The notes under the pieces were generated by a model that saw only the letters and a program-made list of their open reading frames with translations, was not told the DNA's origin and ran no database searches. A DNA stretch of 64,000 nt from an uncultured Chloroflexia bacterium. Lineage in GTDB: Bacteria; Chloroflexota; Limnocylindria; QHBO01. Within the stretch, counting starts at the first letter, position 1; every line of letters starts with the position of its first letter. Below, one piece after another: positions 1-9,480 of this stretch. Made by a program: the position numbers and the translations under genes. The stretch is from assembly GCA_963825525.1 (NCBI GenBank), contig CAWGTN010000001.1, positions 1-64,000 on the forward strand. The letters are read 5' to 3'.

Positions 1-1
1 A

Positions 2-430
2 GCGTTTAGCCTCGGGCAGCTCATCTTCGGCCCCGAGAAGCAGCGCGGTGAGAACCTCGGCTACTTCTTGCTCGACGCTGGCGGTGTCTTCATCCCGTGC
101 GGTGCCGGTCTCGCGATGATCAGCCGTGGCGCAAGGGCCGGAATCAAGCTCTCCGAGCAGGCTCTTGAACATGTCGTGCAGAGGCATGCCATCAGTGGCG
201 CACTTACGGCGGGCAAGAGCGTCTTCAGTCAGGGGGAGGACATCGCTGGGCTCATTCGTGCCGCTGAATCCCTAGCGCCAGTTCAGCAACCAGGAGGCAA
301 CTTCCAGCGAATCGTCGATGCCGGTCGCGTGATCGGTATCGATCGCGCGACAGGACAGCCAACTTCAATCTACACCGTCATCACCAACGCAGCTGACGGC
401 CTCGTCACGGCGTTTCCGGGCGTGCCGTAG
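2..430 (+). CDS. Polymorphic toxin C-terminal domain (5'-partial; RHS/CdiA-CT-like, probable RNase)
   Basis: Frame is open from position 2. Hydrophobic pre-toxin-like segment (LLDAGGVFIPCGAG), then LEHVVQRH...GKSVF...LVTAFP, typical of EndoU/BECR-like toxin tips. A small acidic ORF follows immediately. Confidence 0.65.
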   Translation, partial: AFSLGQLIFGPEKQRGENLGYFLLDAGGVFIPCGAGLAMISRGARAGIKLSEQALEHVVQRHAISGALTAGKSVFSQGEDIAGLIRAAESLAPVQQPGGNFQRIVDAGRVIGIDRATGQPTSIYTVITNAADGLVTAFPGVP

Positions 431-441
431 GAAGGGGAACG

Positions 442-750
442 ATGGGTCTGAGCGTCGCGCTCGAGGACGAGCAAGGTAGGCGGATCGATGGCTTTGATGA
501 CCCGACGAATATTCTGCATCGTCTCCTTCCCACGGCGGATGATTCAGGTTCGCGCATTCTGCGGTACATCGATTGGTACGGTGACACGGTCTTCAACCGC
601 TATCAGGTGGACGATGTGTTGGAAGAGCTCGAACTGCTCTTGGGGAGAGTTCAGAACGACGCTGAGAGAGAGCTCATTAACCGCATGATCGCCCTCACGC
701 GAAGATGCAGGCATGAGCCGCACCTCTATCTGAAGTTTTACGGTGACTGA
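442..750 (+). CDS. Putative immunity protein
   Basis: 102 aa, acidic, RBS GAAGGGG, 11 nt after the toxin stop. IDWYGDTVFN and terminal YLKFYGD motifs. Confidence 0.6.
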   Translation: MGLSVALEDEQGRRIDGFDDPTNILHRLLPTADDSGSRILRYIDWYGDTVFNRYQVDDVLEELELLLGRVQNDAERELINRMIALTRRCRHEPHLYLKFYGD

Positions 751-1096
751 ACACTAACCGGGTCAAGAATCTGGACAGCTTTCGCGCTCGGAAAGGATGT
801 GTTCGGGGCGCTGCCGCATAGGGACGCAGCGGCGCGCGCGCCCGCTGGGGCACCGGGTCGTTGCCGGTGTCCGGCGTCAAGAAGTCGCGACACTTCGGGC
901 TCGGATAGGTTGGCCTCTCGGCATCCGGCGCTCTGCCAGCCGGTGCATCGACGCCTCTGTACCCTCATTCGTACCCTCAAGCCAGTCGGAACCCACCGGA
1001 GCTGGCAATAGCCCACCGTAACAACCGTACTCAGTCGGACTCCACGGGAGGCTCGCCGCGAATCCGGTATGCGGTACCAAACTCAATCGCTCCTCC

Positions 1097-2470
1097 TCAT
1101 CTGTCGATCGCCTGTGCGGTCATGTCGAGCGCCTCGACCTCCGCGTGGTAGATGGCGCCGATCCGGTCGCCGATCTCCTCCAGGATCGCGGCGATGCGGT
1201 CCGGTGGCAGGGTGAAGGTATCGGCGTAGCGATCTCTGATCGCCCATGCGGTCTCCGCGGCCGCTCCCGCGCGCGACCGTCCCGGCTCGCCGGCCATCAC
1301 CGCTTCGTGCAGTGTCTCGATCGCATCAACCGCCTCGGCAGCACCGTCGAGATCGGGCGGCACGGCCGCGTCGGCCAGCTCCTCCCATTGGTCGGCGACA
1401 CCCCGCCAGGCATGCGCCGCGTCGGCCAGCGCAGCGTTCTCCAGGGCGGCGGCCGCCTCATCGAGTGCCTCGGCATACAGCTCTCGCAAGTGCCCGCCGG
1501 ATGGCCCGACCTGCCCGTCGACGTTTTCATGGATGGCAGACAGCGAGCCGAAGAGGCCGCGGCCGTCGGCGAAGACCTGTGGCCACGCCTTCGCGTTCCG
1601 CTGGTCGGTCATGAGACGGCTCCACTTGCGCCAGGCCGGGAGTGAGAAGGAGTCGGATCGGGATCGCAGGTGATCCACCTGGTCGTCCAGACCAGCCCGC
1701 ATCGCCGCCCGAAGCCGATCGGCCGGGACCGGTCCCGGCGTTGTTCGCAGCCCGACGATCCGGTGCTTGAAGGAGCTGATCCGTCCGCGTGCGGCGGCCA
1801 TCACCGCCGGCGGCACCCGAAATGGATTCCGGCCACGATCATCCACGAGGTACGAGCCATCGGCGTCACGTCCGATGATGACGACGTGCAGGCCGTCGTG
1901 ACCCGCAAGGTCGTCCGGCCGGCACCAGGTCCCGATCGACTGGAGGTCGACCGAGGCGATGACGGGCTCGCCGGCGTCCAGCCGCCCATCGAGCGCCTCA
2001 CGCGCGCCCTTGGCCCCGCCGGTCTCGTGCACATCGGGCTCGATGCCCAGCCGTTCGAGCGTCGTGCCGGTCCAGCCGGGGATCCACGGGTACTGCCACC
2101 GGTTCCGGAACCCGAGCGTGAGGACCGGCCCGCGGTGGATCTTGCCGCGGTGCTCCGCCTGGAACTCCCACAGGATGTAGCCGGCGCCCAGGCCGCCGCC
2201 GATGCCGAGGATCGCTGCTTCGGTCAACGGCTCGCCGGTCAGCCCTGAGATCACGCCCTGATTTGCCAGGACGTTGGCGAGCGTGGCCGTCTCCGGATGC
2301 AGTCCGCCGCGCAGCAGATAGCCCGAAGGGTTGGCAGCATCGGCCGCCGGCTCCGCCGACTGTACGTCTGGGGCGCTCTCGATCAGGGCTCGTCGTGCGG
2401 TGGCGTACCGCTCGCCGGTCTTGGCCATGCGCGCACGCACGACCCGCTTGAAGGCCTTGTCGGTGGTCAT
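1097..2470 (-). CDS. BtrH_N/DUF4872-like (papain-fold peptidase-like) protein with N-terminal basic RMAKTGE peptide
   Basis: 457 aa. LTEAAILGIGGGLG and HVVIIG..D motifs of BtrH-like proteins. N-terminus MTTDKAFKRVVRARMAKTGERYATAR. Confidence 0.7.
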   Translation of the reverse strand: MTTDKAFKRVVRARMAKTGERYATARRALIESAPDVQSAEPAADAANPSGYLLRGGLHPETATLANVLANQGVISGLTGEPLTEAAILGIGGGLGAGYILWEFQAEHRGKIHRGPVLTLGFRNRWQYPWIPGWTGTTLERLGIEPDVHETGGAKGAREALDGRLDAGEPVIASVDLQSIGTWCRPDDLAGHDGLHVVIIGRDADGSYLVDDRGRNPFRVPPAVMAAARGRISSFKHRIVGLRTTPGPVPADRLRAAMRAGLDDQVDHLRSRSDSFSLPAWRKWSRLMTDQRNAKAWPQVFADGRGLFGSLSAIHENVDGQVGPSGGHLRELYAEALDEAAAALENAALADAAHAWRGVADQWEELADAAVPPDLDGAAEAVDAIETLHEAVMAGEPGRSRAGAAAETAWAIRDRYADTFTLPPDRIAAILEEIGDRIGAIYHAEVEALDMTAQAIDR

Positions 2471-2638
2471 CGGTCAGTTCTCCGTCACGGCCGTCGACGC
2501 GCGCGCCCACACCGCCACGTCGCTGGCCGGTCGGATGGTTGACCGGTTCGTCCCGAGGATCCGGATCCCCTTTACCGCCGCATCGCCGAGTCGCGTGGGG
2601 ACTCGGTCTGGTGGTCCGGCGCGGGAGGCGCCGCCGCG
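2471..2638 (-). ncRNA. Candidate structured leader RNA, copy 1
   Basis: Hairpin CCGAGUC-cccacgc-GACUCGG, AAAGGGGAU-ccgg-AUCCUC hairpin, CCGGUC/GACCGG hairpin, and closing stem CCCGCGCCG/CGGUGUGGG. Matches the leader at 12843-13004. Confidence 0.65.
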
Positions 2639-2668
2639 ATTGTACGACGCGGTGAAATCGCGTCGCAA
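2639..2668 (-). promoter_or_regulatory. sigma70-type promoter TTGCGA-18-TACAAT
   Basis: Minus-strand -35 at 2663-2668 and -10 at 2639-2644. Same position relative to the leader as the promoter at 12814-12842. Confidence 0.65.
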
Positions 2669-2772
2669 GCCATCGTCTCGCCGATGCCGTGAGGCGTCAG
2701 CCGTCGCCAGGTGGACGTCCACCGGGCGGTACGCGCCGTCGCGTCTCCGAGCGCTGCCGGGCAGCAGTTGGA

Positions 2773-3814
2773 TCAGGCAGTCGTGGGCGGGGCGGCGACC
2801 CGCGTCACGGCAAAGAGCTCCACGGGCTCTTCGACTCCACGCAGCTCGATCTGCCCGAGGCTCTCAATCGCGACCTCGTCCGGCAGGTCGATGGCTGAGA
2901 CGACGGCGCCCGAAGCGAGAAATGGGCGCTGAAGCCCCTTGCCTGCCTGCTCGATGCGCGCCGCGGTGTTCAGCGTGTCGCCCAGAAAGACGATCTCGTG
3001 CTTGATCGTCCCGATCTCGCCGGTGACCACAGGGCCCAGGTGCAGACCGGCCCAGAAGCTGGGCACGACGCCGAAATCGGCTTCGTAGGCCGAGCGTGCT
3101 GCCTCCAGCGTGTCGGAGATGGCGAACACCGTCCTGACACAGCCCGCGTTTCGCAGCCCGTCCTGTGCCGTCCAGGTGAGGATGACCTCGTCGCCGACGT
3201 AGCGGTGCACCTCACCGCGGTAGCGCACGGCGCTGGCGGAGACGTCGCTGATGAATCGGCTCAGGAAGGCGTGGTAGCGCAGGTTGCCGAGCCGGGTGGC
3301 GATCGGGGTGGACTCGCGCAGGTCGATCAGCAGGAAAGACACGGACCTCCTCGCGAGGACGGTGGTAGCGGCCGACGATCAGGCCGACGAGCACGCCACG
3401 CGCCCAGGAGCCCGTTGACCTGGCCCACGAAGTTGAACACCAGCGCGGCGACGAAGCTCCCGGCAACAGCGATGACGAACTGCTGGTCCACCAGCTCCGC
3501 AGGGACAGGCCAGCGACGGTGAGGAGCGGCAGGCTGACCCCGACCACGATGACGATGATCCACACAAGGCTCCGCGTGACGAGCACCACGAGGAACGGAG
3601 CCTCACGCCATCGGCGCGGAATGAGCCCGATCGCCCAGCTCACGTTGAAGGTGACCATCCCTGCCGTGATCAGCAGGCCGATCACGGCGCCGGCCGCCAT
3701 CGACGCGCCCGCACCGCCGATGAGCCAGCCGAGCCCGAACCCGATCACCGTTCCGGGGGGTACCGTGACCATCAGGACCTGCGCCAGGGTGCGCCACTTC
3801 TCGGCTTCCGTCAC
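2773..3814 (-). CDS. Membrane-anchored class III adenylate/guanylate cyclase (frameshifted)
   Basis: N-terminal TM helices. Cyclase motifs LIDLRESTPIA, YVGDEV, GLHLGPVVTGEIG, GDTLNTAARIE. Frame changes near 3505, 3400 and 3340. Confidence 0.85.
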
Positions 3815-4102
3815 TCGCTCTCGACGCCTTGTTCGGGAAAGTCAAAGTGTAGGAGCACGCACAATCGACCGGGATGGCCTCCCTGGAGGCACGTCGTCGT
3901 GGCGGCCACCACCCCGCAGGTGCTCGGCGGCCCTGAGGCTGCGTCGCGCGACAGCGACCATCCCCGCTCAGGCAGGAGACGTCCTCCATCCCACCGGGTC
4001 GAGCCGCCGCTGCCGCTGACCAGCCCCATGGACGGAATCCGCGGACGGGTGCGTGGCCCGAAGGCGACGGCCCCTGCCGGCGTCCGATCCGTCTCTGCTC
4101 CC

Positions 4103-5032
4103 TCAGTCGGTCGCTTCGCTCCAGATCTCGTCGAGCACCTCGCGCACCCGCTCCGGCTGTGTCAGATCGATGTCGTGTCCGGCGCCCCTGACCCACACGA
4201 AGCGCCCACCCTCGCCGACCTCAGCCATCAGCTCCGTCGTCTCAGCCAGCGGATCGAGGAGCCGGTCGCATAGCGCCGTGTCGCCTCCGCAGTCCTCGTC
4301 GAACATCACGGCGTAGGGGACGGTGGCCGGAAGGGGATCCGCCAGGATGCTGCTCGTCCCGGTCATGTCGATGCCCTCCTGGTTCTCTCCGGCGTACCAC
4401 GAGACTTCGATGGTCTCATGCTGCGCCGGCGTCCAGATGTCTCGAGAGATATCGATCCACGGCACGGAGGGCGGAGACGGATTGATCGATACGAACCCGA
4501 CGACGTCGTCGGGGTGGGCCTGCGCATACATCATCGCGAGAGAGCCGCCGCCCGAGAACCCGACGAGGAAGTACGGCGGCGGTACGTTGGCCGCGCCCAG
4601 GACGTCATGCATCTCCGTGATCAAGTCCGCGGCCGGCCGCGGGCTCACGGCGGGCTCATCGCTCTGGCCGACGCCTGCCCGCGAGTAGCCGCACACCATC
4701 GTATGTCCGGCCAGGTGCTCCTCGATGACCGACAGGTCCGTGTAGTCGCCACCGATGCCGTGGACGAGAATCGCCGCCGGGGCCCCCGTCGGACGGGTCC
4801 CGACGCAGCTGCCGTGGATGTTGCCGCCCATGACGGTCACGTCGAATGGCACCGGGGCGTCGGCTGCTGGCGGCTCGGTGACCGACGGCTCGGTGACCGA
4901 CGGCGCGGGCGCGGATTCCGACGATGCGGGCGCCTCCGCTGTCGTTGACGCGGGCGCCGCCGCACAGCCGGACGCGAGAAGACCCACGATCGTCAGGGCC
5001 GCGATCAATCGGACCTGGAGCCGTGCAGACAT
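4103..5032 (-). CDS. Alpha/beta hydrolase lipoprotein
   Basis: RBS GGAGG, lipobox LASGC, Pro/Ser/Thr linker, HGIGG, GFSGG nucleophile elbow, GAGH. Confidence 0.85.
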   Translation of the reverse strand: MSARLQVRLIAALTIVGLLASGCAAAPASTTAEAPASSESAPAPSVTEPSVTEPPAADAPVPFDVTVMGGNIHGSCVGTRPTGAPAAILVHGIGGDYTDLSVIEEHLAGHTMVCGYSRAGVGQSDEPAVSPRPAADLITEMHDVLGAANVPPPYFLVGFSGGGSLAMMYAQAHPDDVVGFVSINPSPPSVPWIDISRDIWTPAQHETIEVSWYAGENQEGIDMTGTSSILADPLPATVPYAVMFDEDCGGDTALCDRLLDPLAETTELMAEVGEGGRFVWVRGAGHDIDLTQPERVREVLDEIWSEATD

Positions 5033-5197
5033 GTCAGCACCTCCCGTCGGAGCGCTGGAGCTGGAGCGCTCGCCGCGCATGATCGAACCCGTCGTCACCG
5101 TTGCCACTGCCAGCTGCCGTTGTCATTTGGGTCATCTGACGCGATTGCCTCGCTGCAGGTGTTCATCACTTACAACTGACGCGGCAGACGCCATCGG

Positions 5198-6100
5198 TTA
5201 CGTGGTCCGATCCGCCGGCGCGCGGGGATCCAACCAGGCGAATGACCCGGATTCGAGAAGCAGCCGGATGAAGACCTCGTCCGGCACGCCCCGTGTAGGC
5301 GCTGTGGTGTTTTCCATCAGCCGGAAGCAGGCCCTCCCTCCGTCGATTTCGGGCCGGAGGACGATCCGGCCGGAGCCGTTCCAGGGCGTGAGACTCAGTG
5401 CCCCCGAGTGCATGCGATACCGCCCACGATCGAGCTGCTGGCCTTCGTCGGTCTCGAGTCGATACGCGCCATCGTCCATGGTCAGCGTCCACCGCGAATC
5501 TCTGACGGGGACCTCGTCCAGGACAATGTCGACGAAGGCATCGTCCCGTGTCGCACGCATGCGCTTCACGACGTCGTCAGTACGCCAGCGTCGTTCGGAG
5601 ACCCATCGGCCTCGATGGCCGATCAGCGCCTCGCCGAGACGCTCGCGACCCCGGAACAGCCAGATCTTGGCCGCTGCCTCGGTGCAGCCGAGGATCTCGG
5701 CGACACGGCTGATCGGCAGGTCCGCCATGTAGTACAGCCGCACGGCCGCCCGCTCGTGAAGTGGTAGTGCGCCGATCGCTCGCTCGAGGTCCACCGTCGG
5801 GTGATCGTCGAAATGAGGGTGGTCGGGCCCGCTTGCCGCCATCTCTCGATTGACGCGATCGAGCTCGCGGCCCCTGCGCCTCCAGGCCATCCGGCGAGCT
5901 ACGAGCCGAACCCAGGCATCGGGCGCTTCCAGGTGGGCCACCTCCTTCCACCGCTCGAGGGCGGCGATGAATGCGTCCTGTGCAACATCTTCGGCCGCGA
6001 CACCGGCCACCGATTCGACGCTACGGACGGTAGGAGCGAAGTGGATGCGGAAGAACGACGCGAAGTCGGGTGGATCCGGAGGCGTCGCGAGGGCTGTCAT
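5198..6100 (-). CDS. ECF sigma-70 factor with C-terminal extension
   Basis: AEDVAQDAF...AWVRLVARR (region 2); LPLHERAAVRLYY...VAEILG (region 4); about 130 extra C-terminal residues. Confidence 0.85.
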   Translation of the reverse strand: MTALATPPDPPDFASFFRIHFAPTVRSVESVAGVAAEDVAQDAFIAALERWKEVAHLEAPDAWVRLVARRMAWRRRGRELDRVNREMAASGPDHPHFDDHPTVDLERAIGALPLHERAAVRLYYMADLPISRVAEILGCTEAAAKIWLFRGRERLGEALIGHRGRWVSERRWRTDDVVKRMRATRDDAFVDIVLDEVPVRDSRWTLTMDDGAYRLETDEGQQLDRGRYRMHSGALSLTPWNGSGRIVLRPEIDGGRACFRLMENTTAPTRGVPDEVFIRLLLESGSFAWLDPRAPADRTT

Positions 6101-6349
6101 GAGTGCGCGAGGCAAGGGCGAGCGCATCGGGCAGAGGGCGACGCCTGGCTCTTGATCGAGCTTCCGATCACGGGATGCCTCCGCGGTCAGGGCTGGTGAC
6201 GGCCCAGTGTATGCCTCCACGACGTGCTTGCCGAGACTCGAGCTTCGCCTCGCGCTCTGTGGACGATGCTTGGGCGGCTGCGGCGTTCGGCCGAAGCGGA
6301 GACGTAGACCTGCGCGTGCGTGCCCATGCGGACCGACCGGCGCGCGGAC

Positions 6350-8272
6350 TCAACCGCCGATGGCTCGGGCGACGACGACCGCTGCCGCCGCCGACCAGCC
6401 CTGTGGCCGGCATGCGGCGGGGTAGGGGATGGCACGTCCCGACTCGTCGCGCGCCACCCCGGCAAACAGCTCCGGCAATCGCCATTCGAACGACGCCGCC
6501 GCGGCGAGCAGCCCTTCCGCCACGGTGCGGGCCTCCGCGCCGAAGCCGTCGGCGAGCATGCCGTCAATGATCATCGCCGTGTCGTGCGGCCACACCGCGC
6601 CGGCGTGGTATCGCATCGGCCAGTAGCCGCCGTTCGTGGTCGACAGCGTTCGGATGCCGAAGCCCGAGAACAGGGTGGGATCCATGAGGCGCTCGACCAC
6701 GGCGCGCTGCTCGTCGCCGTCGAGCATGCCGGTACCCAGCAGGTGGCCCATGTTCGACGCGATGCCGTCCACGGCGCGGCCCTCGGCATCGAGCGCTACC
6801 GCGGGGTAGCGCGCACCGGTCGCGCCGTCACTGACCCAGAACGCGTCGCGGAAGCGCTCCGCCATCGAGTTGCCCCAGGTTCGCAGCTCGGCAGCTCCAG
6901 ACTGACCGAGGGCGTCGAGCATCTCCGCCGCGTGGTGCGCAGCGCGGACTGCGTAACCCTGCACCTCGCATAGCGCGATCGGCCCATCCGCCAGGGACCC
7001 ATCGGCCCAGCGCACGGCATCACCCGAGTCCTTCCATCCCTGGTTGGCCAGGCCGTGCCCGGTCGGGTCGTGGTAGGTGAGGAAGCCGCGAGGATCCGAG
7101 GCGGCGGCGTCACGCATCCAGCCGATGGCCGCCTCGAGATGCGGCGCGAGCGCCGCGACCTCGTCGATCGGCATCCCCGCGCGCCATGCGTCGTGAAGCA
7201 GCGAGATCCAGAGGGGCGTAGCGTCCACGGTGCCGAAGTAGCGTGGCGGCAGCACCAGCCGCGTGCTGGCACTCGCGTGGTGCGTCGCATCACGTCGCAG
7301 CTCGTGGACGATTCTCCCCGGAGCCTCGGCGGTCGCAGCGTCATGGTCGGTTCCCTGGAGGTGAGCCAGCGCAACGACCGTGCCGTGGGCGATCTGGGGG
7401 GCCGCGGGTACCAGCAGGCTCGCGGCAATGATGCTGTCACGGCCGAAGAGCGTCAGGAACCATGGAGCGCCCGCGGCGATGAATGGTGCCTTGGGCAACC
7501 CGCGCAACGTGAGCTCGAGGCCCTCGAGATCGTCGAATGCCTGGCGCACGAGCCGACCAAGGTCGTGCGCCCGGCCATCCGGAACTGCGACCCGGTCGGC
7601 GGCCGCCGCCAGGGTGCGGGTGGCCGGAGCGGCGACCACCGCTCCGCTGTCGGTGGCATCGAGCGACCACGTTCCGGCGGCCGATCCGCCCGGCGGGGCG
7701 GTAAGGCCCCACGTGATCTCGAAGCCTTTCTCGTCGCGGGTTCGGGCGCCATCGGTCGCGATGCGAACGCCGACCCGACCGTCCGGCGTGGACCAGCCAT
7801 CGTCGGTGGCCAACACCGGCCCGGCCTGTCCGCCGCCGCCCGACTTGACGACGTGCATCGGCGTCGCGTCGGGCGTGATTCGGATGGCGATCGCAACCGC
7901 CACGGGGTGGCTCGACGCGTTGAGCAGGGTGAGCGTCTCGGATACCGCGTCTCCGCCCATGGCTCGCTGACGCACGAGAAGGATCTCCGGATCGACGACG
8001 GCGCCGCCGCGGCGGAGCACAGCGCGGAGCTCCTGGCGCCGTGGAACGCCGTGATCGGTCGACAAGTGCGCGATCGACCATCCATCCGCGCGGATCGCGA
8101 GCTCGCGGACGATGCGGGTGTCGCCGAGGTACACGCCCTGTGCGCCCGCCCCAGCGTCGATCGAACCGTCGGGCGCGCTCCATGCCTGCATGGGTGCGGC
8201 AAGCAGGCACGCCAGGTCGTGGAGGAACGGTTGCTCCGCGATATGGACGTGATTGGGGGCGTCGTCAGCCAT
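6350..8272 (-). CDS. Amylo-alpha-1,6-glucosidase / glycogen debranching-like glycoside hydrolase
   Basis: AAGAPWFLTLFGRDS, YFGTVDATPLW, NQGWKDSGD, YHAGAVWPHD, LPELF, ACRPQGWS motifs. Confidence 0.9.
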   Translation of the reverse strand: MADDAPNHVHIAEQPFLHDLACLLAAPMQAWSAPDGSIDAGAGAQGVYLGDTRIVRELAIRADGWSIAHLSTDHGVPRRQELRAVLRRGGAVVDPEILLVRQRAMGGDAVSETLTLLNASSHPVAVAIAIRITPDATPMHVVKSGGGGQAGPVLATDDGWSTPDGRVGVRIATDGARTRDEKGFEITWGLTAPPGGSAAGTWSLDATDSGAVVAAPATRTLAAAADRVAVPDGRAHDLGRLVRQAFDDLEGLELTLRGLPKAPFIAAGAPWFLTLFGRDSIIAASLLVPAAPQIAHGTVVALAHLQGTDHDAATAEAPGRIVHELRRDATHHASASTRLVLPPRYFGTVDATPLWISLLHDAWRAGMPIDEVAALAPHLEAAIGWMRDAAASDPRGFLTYHDPTGHGLANQGWKDSGDAVRWADGSLADGPIALCEVQGYAVRAAHHAAEMLDALGQSGAAELRTWGNSMAERFRDAFWVSDGATGARYPAVALDAEGRAVDGIASNMGHLLGTGMLDGDEQRAVVERLMDPTLFSGFGIRTLSTTNGGYWPMRYHAGAVWPHDTAMIIDGMLADGFGAEARTVAEGLLAAAASFEWRLPELFAGVARDESGRAIPYPAACRPQGWSAAAAVVVARAIGG

Positions 8273-8300
8273 CGATATCCTCATGCTACGCCCGGCGGGG

Positions 8301-8329
8301 TTGACAACCGGGGCAACGCGATCCACGAT
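8301..8329 (+). promoter_or_regulatory. sigma70 promoter TTGACA-17-CACGAT for the LacI/ABC operon
   Basis: Perfect -35 at 8301-8306 with a 17-nt spacer. Confidence 0.6.
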
Positions 8330-8340
8330 GACGATACCGC

Positions 8341-8356
8341 ATTTGAACGTTCAAAT
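8341..8356. promoter_or_regulatory. LacI-family operator
   Basis: Perfect 16-bp palindrome ATTTGAACGTTCAAAT with central CG, between divergent hydrolase and LacI genes, just downstream of the promoter. Confidence 0.8.
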
Positions 8357-8400
8357 CGACGGGCGAGAGCCTCCGGAAATCCGCAACGGAAGTGGAGAAG

Positions 8401-9480
8401 ATGGGCGCACGGCGACCCACGCTGGAATCGCTTGCCACCGACCTTGGCGTGTCCCGCCAGACGGTGTGGAACGTGCTGAATCGACCTGCGGTCGTCGCCG
8501 AGCCCACTCGCCAGCGCATAGCGGCTGCCATCAGCGCCGCGGGCTACGTCCCTTCCCGCGCCGGCCGACAGCTGCGCACGCAGCGCTCGCACGCCATCGG
8601 CATTCGCCTGATGCCGACCTTCGATGGCATCAACGGACACATCCTGGACACTTTTCTCCACGAGCTGGCCGAGCACGCCCATCGCTCCGACTATCGCCTC
8701 GCGCTGTTCGCCGCTGCCAACGAGACGGACGAGATCGCCACCTATGCCCGGATGCGAGCGTCGAACGAGATCGACGGCGTAGTGCTCACCTCCACGACCA
8801 TCGACGACGAGCGCATCACATGGCTCCTCGAGAACGATGTGCCGTTCGTGTCGTTCGGCCGGCCATGGCGCCGCGACGCCGATGCGACGACCGCACCGCA
8901 TGACTGGGTGGACGTCGACGGAGCCGCGGGGACCGAGGCGGTCACGCGCCACCTCTTGGCGGACGGCCACGTCCGGATCGGCTACCTGTCGTGGCCGGCG
9001 CAGCCGGACGTCGGCGGCGACCGCCTCGCCGGCTGGGAGCGCGCGATGCGTCTCACCTCCGACGAGCTCGACCTCTCCACCCTCATGGCCGAGTGCTCGA
9101 ATGACGTGACCGATGCGCGCCGCGCCGCCCGCGAGCTGCTCGACCGCGGGATCACCGCGTTCGTGTGCGCGTCCGATACGCTGGCGCTCGGCGCGCGAGC
9201 GGCCCTCGGTGCGCGGAGTCCAGCCGCACCACCTGTCCCCATCGTCGGCTTCGACGACACCCCTGTTGCCCGCGCACTGGGCCTCAGCTCAGTCGCTCAG
9301 CCGATCGTCCGCGCGGCACGAACCTCGGTTGCGCTGCTCGTGAGCCGGCTCGCCGGGGAGCGTCCGCCCGAGCATGTCCTGCTTCCCCCGTCACCGGTGT
9401 TCCGCGACTCCGAGATCGCCACACCGTCGTTGTTCGAGAGCGTCGGAACCATCCAGGAGAAGGAGATCACCAACCCATGA
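8401..9480 (+). CDS. LacI-family transcriptional regulator
   Basis: PTLESLATDLGVSRQTVWNVLN HTH; sugar-binding domain with IVGFDD. Confidence 0.92.
   Translation: MGARRPTLESLATDLGVSRQTVWNVLNRPAVVAEPTRQRIAAAISAAGYVPSRAGRQLRTQRSHAIGIRLMPTFDGINGHILDTFLHELAEHAHRSDYRLALFAAANETDEIATYARMRASNEIDGVVLTSTTIDDERITWLLENDVPFVSFGRPWRRDADATTAPHDWVDVDGAAGTEAVTRHLLADGHVRIGYLSWPAQPDVGGDRLAGWERAMRLTSDELDLSTLMAECSNDVTDARRAARELLDRGITAFVCASDTLALGARAALGARSPAAPPVPIVGFDDTPVARALGLSSVAQPIVRAARTSVALLVSRLAGERPPEHVLLPPSPVFRDSEIATPSLFESVGTIQEKEITNP

Noticed and set aside
2471-2638. HDV-like ribozyme as the identity of the shared leader (loop CCCACGC resembles HDV L3)
   Set aside because: Copy 2's loop (CCUGCGU) breaks the L3 pattern, and I could not build P1.1, P2 or J4/2 in either copy. 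Not excluded without a descriptor search.
4869-4903. 15-bp direct repeat GGCTCGGTGACCGAC
   Set aside because: Coding duplication (PSVTE twice) in the lipoprotein linker.
6220-6350. IS110 C-terminal remnant
   Set aside because: Only a vague resemblance in one frame; no catalytic motifs or element ends.
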